NCBI GenBank assembly: GCA_049971295.1
Contig: JBMFLH010000051.1
Coordinates: 1-14,647, forward strand
Direction: 5' to 3'
Origin: Candidatus Ratteibacteria bacterium
GTDB lineage: Bacteria; Ratteibacteria; UBA8468; B48-G9; DTJG01
DNA length: 14,647 nt
Below are positions 1 to 6,822 of the stretch, piece after piece. Numbering within the stretch: the first letter of the stretch is position 1; every line of letters starts with the position of its first letter. The notes under the pieces were generated by a model. The model worked only from the letters and a program-made list of their open reading frames with translations. It was not told the origin of the DNA and made no database searches. The translations under genes and the position numbers were made by a program.

Positions 1-32
1 CCAGAACATCTCGGGCATTCTACCTTTATCAT
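1..32 (-). CDS. 5' end of a gene running off the window; N-terminal CxxC zinc-ribbon-like start (MIKVECPRCS...)
   Basis: The reverse complement reads ATG ATA AAG GTA GAA TGC CCG AGA TGT TCT GG from position 32, directly after a strong sigma70-like promoter. Only 10 full codons are visible. Confidence 0.55.
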   Translation of the reverse strand, partial: MIKVECPRCS

Positions 33-38
33 AGCCAC

Positions 39-68
39 ATTATAGCACTTTTTAGCGACTATTTTCAA
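39..68 (-). promoter_or_regulatory. sigma70-type promoter with extended -10 (TTGAAA-18 bp-TATAAT, TGn present), probably leaderless
   Basis: Minus strand: TTGAAA (68-63), TGC (47-45), TATAAT (44-39), then gtggct and ATG at 32. Confidence 0.65.
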
Positions 69-94
69 ACATAACCCTAAAATTTGAAAAATGA

Positions 95-122
95 AACTAA
101 AAGTCCCACGGCAGGGGTGGCA
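95..122 (-). terminator. possible weak intrinsic terminator after the metal permease
   Basis: Minus strand CCAC-ccctgcc-GTGG followed by gacttttagttt, just downstream of the permease stop. The stem is short. Confidence 0.25.
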
Positions 123-129
123 TAATCTT

Positions 130-927
130 TCAGTACCTTATGTGGGATGGGGATTTTCGCAGTTTTATTCCAAGTATTATGAAAAATACCAGGCTTAAAA
201 ACGCAACAATCAATGATGATGTTGAAACATCAAATTTGTATGAAATAATCATACCAGCAACACTTGTCAGTATTCCGGTAATCCATCCCCTGATAAGAAT
301 ACCAGAAGTATTGCTACTTAACAGTTTTCCAATGAGCGCTGGAATAATCAAAAATGAGAAAACCTGAAGAATCCCTGCGATTTGAATGGAATTGACAAGC
401 ATCAGGGCAAAACTGAGAAAAAACAAGAATTCCCATAAGTAGGAATTATCTTCGCCTTTTGAAAGCGCAAAGAATTTTTTCCTGTAAGCAAACTGGAGCA
501 AGCCAATAATTGTGTACAGGATAAACATTGTAAACAAATCCTTGCCTGTAATCCACAGGATATTTCCATTTAAAATGTTTTTCAGTTCTTCAAGTCCATG
601 GGGAGTTCTGTCAAGAAGCAGAATACTTGCAGAAAACGAAAATATGTACAGTACGCCGATGAACGCTTCGATATAAACGACTTTTGATATTCTTCTGAAA
701 TACGCAAGTATTGAAGCGCCAATCACAGCAAATAGTACTCCATAGGTGGATTGTAATGCCTCTTTGCCTGTGTAAATAGCGAAGGCAGCGCCAACAGAAA
801 TCATTTGAGCGAGCGTCAGGTCAACGAAAATAATGCCCCTTTCAAGAACATGCACGCCAAAATATGTGTGAAGCAGTAGCAAAAGAATGCATCCGATAAA
901 CGGAATAAACAGCAGTGATATGTCCAT
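130..927 (-). CDS. metal (Zn/Mn/Fe) ABC transporter permease, ZnuB/MntB (ABC-3) family
   Basis: Multi-TM protein with HTYFGVHVLERGIIFVDLTLAQ, EAFIGVLY and GILQVFSFLIIPA motifs. The start is corrected to ATG at 927 (MDISLL, 265 aa), with SD GGAGGT upstream, 1 nt after the stop of the binding-protein gene. Confidence 0.9.
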   Translation of the reverse strand: MDISLLFIPFIGCILLLLLHTYFGVHVLERGIIFVDLTLAQMISVGAAFAIYTGKEALQSTYGVLFAVIGASILAYFRRISKVVYIEAFIGVLYIFSFSASILLLDRTPHGLEELKNILNGNILWITGKDLFTMFILYTIIGLLQFAYRKKFFALSKGEDNSYLWEFLFFLSFALMLVNSIQIAGILQVFSFLIIPALIGKLLSSNTSGILIRGWITGILTSVAGMIISYKFDVSTSSLIVAFLSLVFFIILGIKLRKSPSHIRY

Positions 928-928
928 G

Positions 929-1828
929 TTATACCTCCGAAAGAAGTGAAATGACTTTGTCCATAAAAGAAAACCAGTCGTCTGTGCCCGGCAAAGAACC
1001 AACATCGTGAGGCACAAGAATTACTTTAAGCCCTGTTTTTTCAGCGACAAAATCAACTGGCTTTTTGGGGCTATAAACATTTGCAAGAATCGCTGCTGGT
1101 TTTGTTTTATTAATGGTATCTATAATTTTCTGGATGTCTCCTGAAGAAGGTGGGATGCCTGGTTTTGCTTCAATGCAACCAACAATCTGGAAATTAAATT
1201 CTTTCGCAAGGTAGGAAAATAGAGTATGATAGGCAACGAATTTTTTTCCTGCAAGATTTGCTGACTTCCAGAGTTTGGTTTTTTCCTGCCACTTCGAATA
1301 AAAATCCTGGTAATTTTTTTTGTAGTATGCCTCGTTTGCAGGATCGATTTTTATCAGTATTTCAGTCATGCCCTGGGCAACTTTTAAAACATTTGAAGGA
1401 GAAAACTGGTAATGTGGATTACCGAGAGGATGGATATCGCCCATGCTTCTATCAACTGATGATGGTTTTTCGATTGGAGTAATAAACCGGGAGCAGTCAA
1501 AATTTCCGGTTTTGCCTGGCTGGATATTGGGATTTTTTGATGATTCTATGATGACTGGGAGATATCCAATTTCAAGGTCAAGTCCATTGTACATTAAGAT
1601 ATCTGCTTTTCTTGCTGCGATAATCAAACTTGGTTTTGCTTCCACATAATGAGGATCCTGGCTTGTTTTGACAAGCGTTGTAACTGAAACATGGTCTTTT
1701 CCAATCTGCTTTGCAAGGTCTGCAATCCAGGGCAGTGTTGCAACAACATTGATTTTTGCAAACAGGTTTGACGAAAACATCATCAGAAAATTTCCTGCCA
1801 GAAAAATTTTAAGAAAATTTTTTTTCAT
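929..1828 (-). CDS. metal ABC transporter substrate-binding protein, ZnuA/TroA (cluster A-I) family
   Basis: Signal peptide and VVATLP start. Metal-ligand motifs QDPHYVEAKPS, DIHPLGNPHY and YHTLFSY, plus EAKPGIPPS. No His-rich loop. SD-like AAGGGGG upstream. Confidence 0.93.
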   Translation of the reverse strand: MKKNFLKIFLAGNFLMMFSSNLFAKINVVATLPWIADLAKQIGKDHVSVTTLVKTSQDPHYVEAKPSLIIAARKADILMYNGLDLEIGYLPVIIESSKNPNIQPGKTGNFDCSRFITPIEKPSSVDRSMGDIHPLGNPHYQFSPSNVLKVAQGMTEILIKIDPANEAYYKKNYQDFYSKWQEKTKLWKSANLAGKKFVAYHTLFSYLAKEFNFQIVGCIEAKPGIPPSSGDIQKIIDTINKTKPAAILANVYSPKKPVDFVAEKTGLKVILVPHDVGSLPGTDDWFSFMDKVISLLSEV

Positions 1829-1840
1829 ATTAGCCCCCTT

Positions 1841-3193
1841 TCAGAAAGTGTGAGCAGCATGTGCTCCAACTCCGCCAATAAATTGTATGAACCATTCATT
1901 ATTTGTTCTTCTGTCTCTGTTGCTTTTATCGTAGTTATACTGAAGCCGTATTTTTGAAAATTCAGAAGGATTGAACTCAACCATTGCTGATGCTCTCCAG
2001 GGTTTGTCTCCAAAGGAAATGTTTGTGCCGTCAAGTTTGTACTGGTCTTTGGATGGTTCAAGAAGGTCGTATCTTGCGCCAAATCCCCATCTTCCAGTTT
2101 GATAAATTGACTGAAGATAAAGACCATCCTGAGCCCTTTTCAAATCCTGAATTGTTTGAGTGGTCGTGTCCAGCAGTTTGCCTTTTTGGTGTCTGAACAT
2201 GTATTCACTTTGAAGAATAAAACTTTTCCACCTTGACGGCTTCCATTTGTAAGTGAATTCAAATCCAATGAGCGTGGAATCTCCTGTGAAAATATGGTCT
2301 TCTTTAATTGAATCTGTCTTTGTTTTTCCTGAGATTACAGAAGGTCCAAAGAGAATCGTTCCGTAGTCGCCCACATCGATTGAAGATTTTATAAATGCGC
2401 TGAATGCGTGCAGTCCACCTGACGCGTCACTTCCAAAAAGAATTTCATTGTCTCCCTGCAGCGCCTCAACTCCAAATTGGGTGTAAATCGGAAGTTGTGG
2501 CAACCATGTTAATTGAATTCCCTTTTCATTGATGCCCTCGTGACCCACAAATGCCCTGTATATAAGAGGCGGGTCAACAAAATTCCAGATATGCGCATGC
2601 TGGCTATTTAATCGTCCGAAACCAGATTTAAATTTACCAATTTTCGCCTGAAGTCCTGCTGGAAGATTTGTCGTGACAAGGTATGCTTCTTCAAGTTCAA
2701 CCCCATCCTCTGTGACTGGAATTGTGGCATAAAGATTGAAAAATGGGTCAACCGGAGCAAAAAGATATAATTCTGCCGCGTGTATGTTGGCGCCTTCTTT
2801 GTGGTCAATGCCTTTTGAAATAAAGCCAGGAATGTTCCACTTTTCAAGTTCATCCCTTTTCAAACTGGAACTGTAACCAAAAGTATCAAGAATCAGTGAG
2901 ATATTGGGGTTGTAGGCGCTTGCTGCACCGAACAGTCCACCTGAAGTATAGGAAGGTTTTTCTTCTGGTTTTACAGGAATTTCTGCTGCCTGTTTTTTTA
3001 TCTGGTCTAATTCTTCCTGAAGTTGTTTGATAATCTCCTGCTGTTTTTGAATTGTCTCCTGCTGTACCTTCAGCATGTCTTCAAGAGATTTTATTCTTTC
3101 GTTGATGTCCTGGCACGTACCAGACGGTGCAAAAGCCAGCCATGATACAAGTAATAGTCCTGAAAATATCTGAGTACTTTTTTTAATTTTCAC
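1841..3193 (-). CDS. outer-membrane beta-barrel associated with metal uptake (family often annotated as zinc-regulated TonB-dependent receptor/porin)
   Basis: Signal peptide and N-terminal coiled coil, then NPNISLILD, VDPFF, LEEAY, GKFKSGFGRLNSQHAHIWNFVD and PSEFSKIRLQY motifs. C-terminus GAHAAHTF ends in Phe. GTG at 3193 is preferred over 3199 because the 3199 codon overlaps the SD AGGAGGT. Confidence 0.8.
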   Translation of the reverse strand: MKIKKSTQIFSGLLLVSWLAFAPSGTCQDINERIKSLEDMLKVQQETIQKQQEIIKQLQEELDQIKKQAAEIPVKPEEKPSYTSGGLFGAASAYNPNISLILDTFGYSSSLKRDELEKWNIPGFISKGIDHKEGANIHAAELYLFAPVDPFFNLYATIPVTEDGVELEEAYLVTTNLPAGLQAKIGKFKSGFGRLNSQHAHIWNFVDPPLIYRAFVGHEGINEKGIQLTWLPQLPIYTQFGVEALQGDNEILFGSDASGGLHAFSAFIKSSIDVGDYGTILFGPSVISGKTKTDSIKEDHIFTGDSTLIGFEFTYKWKPSRWKSFILQSEYMFRHQKGKLLDTTTQTIQDLKRAQDGLYLQSIYQTGRWGFGARYDLLEPSKDQYKLDGTNISFGDKPWRASAMVEFNPSEFSKIRLQYNYDKSNRDRRTNNEWFIQFIGGVGAHAAHTF

Positions 3194-3285
3194 GGTCACC
3201 TCCTGTTGGAATCACAATTAACAGGTGTTCTGCGATATTCAGATTAAAGAGATGTAAAACGATTTTTTAACAGGGTGGACCGCGA
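3190..3285 (-). promoter_or_regulatory. SD-sequestering RNA structure linking the RGPP codons of the leader to the RBS/start of the barrel gene
   Basis: mRNA arm UCGCGGUC-C-ACC-CUGUU (3285-3269) is complementary to AACAG-GA-GGU-GACCGUGA (3207-3190). A second local anti-SD, CACCUGUU (3228-3221), is also present. Confidence 0.6.
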
Positions 3286-3533
3286 GTAAAAGGGCTTTCA
3301 GGATAGGAGTTTTTGGTAAAAGTGGGTCTTATTGATGAAATCGTCCAGTAAACAAAGATGATGAAAAGTGATAAAAACAACTGGAACGAAAACGGCGCAA
3401 AGGCGCTCAAATTTGCGCAGGTTGAACAGTTTGCGTTAAAAGCGCTGACAAAGCAGGAGTGTGAATGGATAAGACTAATGCCTGATATTGCAAGCAGCCC
3501 CAGAAGAGAAAGTATGATAATAATTCTTCTCAT
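3267..3533 (-). CDS. 88-aa leader/arrest peptide, DUF2946-like (signal/TM, HSHSC, CSTC, C-terminal RGPP)
   Basis: Sequence MRRIIIILSLLGLLAISGISLI-HSHSC...CSTC...SPFTRGPPC*. It lies directly upstream of a metal-uptake outer-membrane protein gene. The start at 3533 is set by the promoter position. Confidence 0.75.
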   Translation of the reverse strand: MRRIIIILSLLGLLAISGISLIHSHSCFVSAFNANCSTCANLSAFAPFSFQLFLSLFIIFVYWTISSIRPTFTKNSYPESPFTRGPPC

Positions 3534-3564
3534 ATCAAAAAACATTTTACCTGTGATATGAGAA
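3527..3564. repeat. perfect 11-bp inverted repeat (candidate operator) flanking the -10 box
   Basis: TTCTCATATCA (3527-3537), a 16-nt spacer, then TGATATGAGAA (3554-3564). Confidence 0.6.
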
Positions 3565-3572
3565 TCTGTCAA
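3544..3572 (-). promoter_or_regulatory. near-consensus sigma70 promoter of the metal-uptake operon
   Basis: Minus strand TTGACA (3572-3567), 17 bp, TAAAAT (3549-3544). The ATG at 3533 follows after 10 nt with no SD. Confidence 0.75.
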
Positions 3573-3598
3573 TATGTGCAAAGAAAATATCAATGGTT

Positions 3599-4240
3599 TT
3601 ATTTCTTTGGGTACCCGACTGGTTGGGTCAGGATAATTTTTTGTTCATCTTTTAGATTAAGAATTTTTGCCAGATTATCTCTATCCACAATTCCAAGGAC
3701 GACAGTATTCAATCCTTCTGATGCGCAGAAAAGATAGACGTTCTGGCTGATGAAACCTGTGTCAACTGCTGAATAAAAATCTTTATCTGACTGGGAAGCT
3801 CTGCCCATTTTTGAATAGTCAGCAACATACGCAAGTACAAGAGGCGCTGTTTTTACAAACGCCTGTCTTCCAAAATTTACCCGAAAATCTCCTGATATCA
3901 CGGGCTTCAGGACATTCATTTTAGCGTCATAAACATATACGGCTTTTGGTGTTGCAACATAAATATCTATTTCCTGCCAGTTTGATGCTGATGGAGCGGT
4001 TCTTTTACCTGATTGTGATCTGTTGATGCCAGAAGCAGCCCACAGAAGATTTGAAATGGTCTGATTTGAAAGTTCATTGCTGCTGAATTCTCTCATTGAT
4101 TTTCTTGCACTCAATGCTTCCATCAATGGTTTTCCGCCTGTCATCTGCGGCTTTGGAAGATTGACCGGTTGAATTTCGTTTTCTCCTGCGAAAACAAAAA
4201 CTACAGCAATCAAGATAAACAAACCTAAATATTTTTTCAT
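3599..4240 (-). CDS. nitroreductase-family / SagB-ThcOx-type FMN oxidoreductase with N-terminal signal peptide
   Basis: ALSARKSMREF, LLWAASGINR, RTAPSASNWQEI, DTGFISQNVYLFCASEGL and QPVGYP motifs. Hydrophobic N-terminus MKKYLGLFILIAVVFVFA. SD-like AGGGG upstream. Confidence 0.9.
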   Translation of the reverse strand: MKKYLGLFILIAVVFVFAGENEIQPVNLPKPQMTGGKPLMEALSARKSMREFSSNELSNQTISNLLWAASGINRSQSGKRTAPSASNWQEIDIYVATPKAVYVYDAKMNVLKPVISGDFRVNFGRQAFVKTAPLVLAYVADYSKMGRASQSDKDFYSAVDTGFISQNVYLFCASEGLNTVVLGIVDRDNLAKILNLKDEQKIILTQPVGYPKK

Positions 4241-4323
4241 ATTGCCCCTGTTGAATTAATTGGTCTCATCAAAATACTTGTTGTGTGAACAATTTTGCTT
4301 TGTTTCAAATTTTAGCCAGTTTA

Positions 4324-4352
4324 ATTTTACCATTTTTCTTTTATTTTGTCAC
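4324..4352 (-). promoter_or_regulatory. putative sigma70 promoter for the nitroreductase gene
   Basis: Minus strand GTGACA (4352-4347), 17 bp ending in TGG (extended -10), TAAAAT (4329-4324). Confidence 0.5.
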
Positions 4353-4540
4353 TTTTTTCAATTTTACTGCTTTTTCAACCTTATCCATGTTTTCTTTTTC
4401 CCTTGTTTTTTGCGTAAGAGGATAAAGATGAAGGAGATTTTGACAAAACTTCAAACTCAAAACATAAGGTTTTGTTTCCGATTATACTGAATTTTGATAT
4501 GTCCTGTTCGTTTAATATTGTTTTAGTACTGTGAAAGGTT

Positions 4541-4569
4541 TTGACCTGATTGAAAAACAAAGATAAACT
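4541..4569 (+). promoter_or_regulatory. putative sigma70 promoter for the 4596 gene
   Basis: TTGACC (4541-4546), 17 bp, TAAACT (4564-4569). SD AGGAG at 4584-4588. Confidence 0.55.
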
Positions 4570-4595
4570 ATGTCTCTAAAAACAGGAGAAGAGTT

Positions 4596-5507
4596 ATGAA
4601 AGTAGGATTTTCAGCAATGAAAATAACTCCTGACTTTAGCACGCAAATTGGCGGCGCTGGAACAGGTGAGAAAAGATATTCAACAAGTATCCTTGACGAT
4701 ATTTTTGCAAGGGCAATAGTAATTGAGTCAGAGGGAAAAAAAATTTGTTTTCTGTCCCTGGATGTAACAATTGTTACAGAAGATTACACGAAAAAAATTA
4801 GAAAATTTGCAGAATCCCTTGGTTTTCTACCTGAATCTGTGATGGTTGCTGCTGTCCAGAATCATTCAGCACCATCTCTTGGAAATTTTATGCTTGACCC
4901 AGATTTTCCACAATTACCAGAAAAATTTGAATATGTACGGGGTGGTGAAACAAAAACCTTCCAGTTTATTTTTGAAAAGATCTGTCAGGCAATAAAATCG
5001 GCAAATGAAAGTCTTGTGCCTGTTTTGCCTTCTGCTGGTAGGGCAATTTTTGATGGACTTGCCTTTAACAGGCGCGCTGTAACAAAGGCCGGTAAGGTGA
5101 GAATGCCATGGTTTTATTCAAAAATACAACAGCCGCTTGGTCCTGAGGATATCAGATACATTGAAGGACCTATTGACCCTGAAATTGGAGTTCTCTGTTT
5201 TCAGTTAGAAAATACGAGGTTTCACAGCGGGATACTTCATTTTACCTGTCATCCCGTGAATGTTTTTGCGACAGATTATTATGCAATCTCCTCTGATTGG
5301 CCAGGAGCATGGGTTTATGAACTTGAGAAATTTTTTGAATCAGGATGCTTGATTGCCAATGGGTGTTGTGGAAATATTAACCCCTGGCCAGCATTTCAAC
5401 CAGATTTTTATTCTGATCACAGAAAAATGGGAAGGGAATTTATGGAGAACCAACACCTTGGTACAACTTCTATCTTCAGGGAATATTCTCCTGGTATGCC
5501 GATATGA
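4596..5507 (+). pseudogene. neutral/alkaline ceramidase-like (N-terminal domain) hydrolase, apparently C-terminally truncated near 5435
   Basis: MKVGFSAMKITP, DDIFARAIVIE, QNHSAP, FNRR, GPIDPEIGVL, HFTCHP, ISSDWPG and NGCCGNINP motifs. After DHRKMGR the last ~21 aa overlap another open frame, and the expected C-terminal part appears to be missing. Confidence 0.6.
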
Positions 5508-6406
5508 TGCGCAGTCAGATTCGGAATGGTCCTATTGGAGCATACATAACAACAGCAAGAGGTACATATCCATGTTTTCTGAACCATTTTGTGGTTTATG
5601 AACTTGCAGCAAGGGGTGTTGAACATTTTCACTGGTACAGTTACGGTGAGATGTGGGGCAATGAAAATTACGCTAATGAAATTGTAAGGGATCTATTAAG
5701 AGAATTTGCCATTGTTCATCGAGAATTTGCAGCAGCTGAAGAATCTCTTTATGGCTCTAAGCCAGAAAAAGCAGAAATTGCAATATTATGGACACCTTCT
5801 CAGGAAATTTGGGATACTTCACTTCATCAGGATCTTGTGGCTTTTTATCTGTTGCTTCTTCATTCAAACTATGATTTTGATATCATTTCAAGTTATGATG
5901 TTGATGGCGGGCTATTAAAAAACTATAAGGTTCTTTACATGCCATTCGCATATATTGAAAGAAAGACATTCGATAAAATCAAAGAGTGGGTGTTCAAGGG
6001 TGGAAAACTTATTGTTTATGATGGTTTTTTGAAGGATGAGTATAATAACTCTGGTCTTCTGGAAGATTTTTTGCAGGGCTATCACGCCACTGTTGAGAAA
6101 AAAATTAATATCGGAAGTTTGACACATTTGCGTAATCATACTCTTTTAGACCAGGCAACGAATTTTGATTCTTCAGTAACATTTCCTGTAATATGTCAGA
6201 AGGTAAATATGAAAATTCCTGAGAAGGCAAAAATTTTGCTTATATACAGAGATGGAAAATCAGCAGCATTTGAAATGGCCAAAGGTAAAGGTAAGATTCT
6301 GGTGAGCGGTTTTTTACTCGGGTCAGCATATCAGAGAGATGAGGAGGATAAAGACAATCCTGATTGGTCAAATCTTCCAGTTGGACCACCGGCATTGAAA
6401 AAATGA
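5417..6406 (+). pseudogene. internal fragment of a glycoside hydrolase with GH42-type (class I GATase-like) trimerisation domain
   Basis: LAARGVEHFHWYSYG, AEIAILW, LLHSNYDFDII, LKNYKVLYMP, IKEWVFKGGKLI and GKGKILVSGF motifs. The frame is open from 5417 (…GIYGEPTPWYNFYLQGIFSWYAD-MMRS). The ATG at 5504 has no SD and most of the catalytic barrel is absent. Confidence 0.55.
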
Positions 6407-6789
6407 AGGATACTGGAGACAATGTAGTAAGAATTTGTGCTTATAAGCCATCGTTTAAGACCATTGGCATAGATTTTGATGAAAAGAGATCTCTTTTATT
6501 TGCTGGTTCAAGAATGCCTGATGGATTTGTTTCTGTAATTTATGACGATGGAAAATCATTGAAAGAAATTGCAAGATTAGAGGACAAGGAACTGTGTGGT
6601 ATACACGCTGTAAGATTTTTCAATGACTTTCTTTATGTTGTTGAAGATGGGGTTTCTTATTCTGAATCCGGTTATTGCGTAGAAGAAACCAACACAAGAG
6701 CCATTACATCAAAAGGAAAAAATAGAATCAGCAGATATAAACTTCTGTTTGGTGGTGAAAAATTTTTGAAAACAGTTGAAGTACAATAA
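6364..6789 (+). CDS. hypothetical protein, probably the C-terminal fragment of a beta-propeller (NHL/SMP-30-like blades)
   Basis: Blade-like segments IGIDFDEKRSLLFAG, GIHAVRFFNDFLYVVED and NRISRYKL. It is too short for a full propeller. An alternative start is ATG 6403, overlapping the upstream TGA. Confidence 0.4.
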   Translation: MVKSSSWTTGIEKMKDTGDNVVRICAYKPSFKTIGIDFDEKRSLLFAGSRMPDGFVSVIYDDGKSLKEIARLEDKELCGIHAVRFFNDFLYVVEDGVSYSESGYCVEETNTRAITSKGKNRISRYKLLFGGEKFLKTVEVQ

Positions 6790-6822
6790 TGTCAGTTTCT
6801 AATAAAGAGGTTTTATTGTATA

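Noticed and set aside
928..1017. N-terminal 30 aa of the listed 295-aa permease ORF
   Set aside because: It overlaps the binding-protein gene. The ATG at 927 has a good SD (GGAGGT) and gives a family-typical start.
1825..2127. 100-aa alternative-frame ORF inside the barrel gene, and other short shadow ORFs in the track (e.g. 140-367, 7497-7889, 8896-9255, 12877-13167)
   Set aside because: They are embedded almost entirely in well-supported genes, with no motifs or RBS.
3534..3593. Longer starts (3593, 3545) for the leader ORF
   Set aside because: They lie upstream of or within the TTGACA-17-TAAAAT promoter. ATG 3533 gives a clean signal-like N-terminus.
3267..4240. SagB-like gene plus Cys/Ser-containing small ORF as an azole-containing RiPP cluster
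   Set aside because: No YcaO/cyclodehydratase, protease or exporter is present. The small ORF fits an RGPP arrest leader much better.
4270..4297. AT-rich imperfect hairpin in the nitroreductase 5' UTR (CAAAA..TTGTT-gtgtg-AACAA-TTTTG)
   Set aside because: Weak and bulged, likely by chance at this AT content, and with no riboswitch consensus recognised.
4260..4490. 76-aa Phe-rich ORF and strong T-rich strand bias in the divergent intergenic region
   Set aside because: Low-complexity T-rich sequence overlapping the predicted nitroreductase promoter. It has no SD or periodic repeat unit and is best explained as AT-rich promoter DNA.
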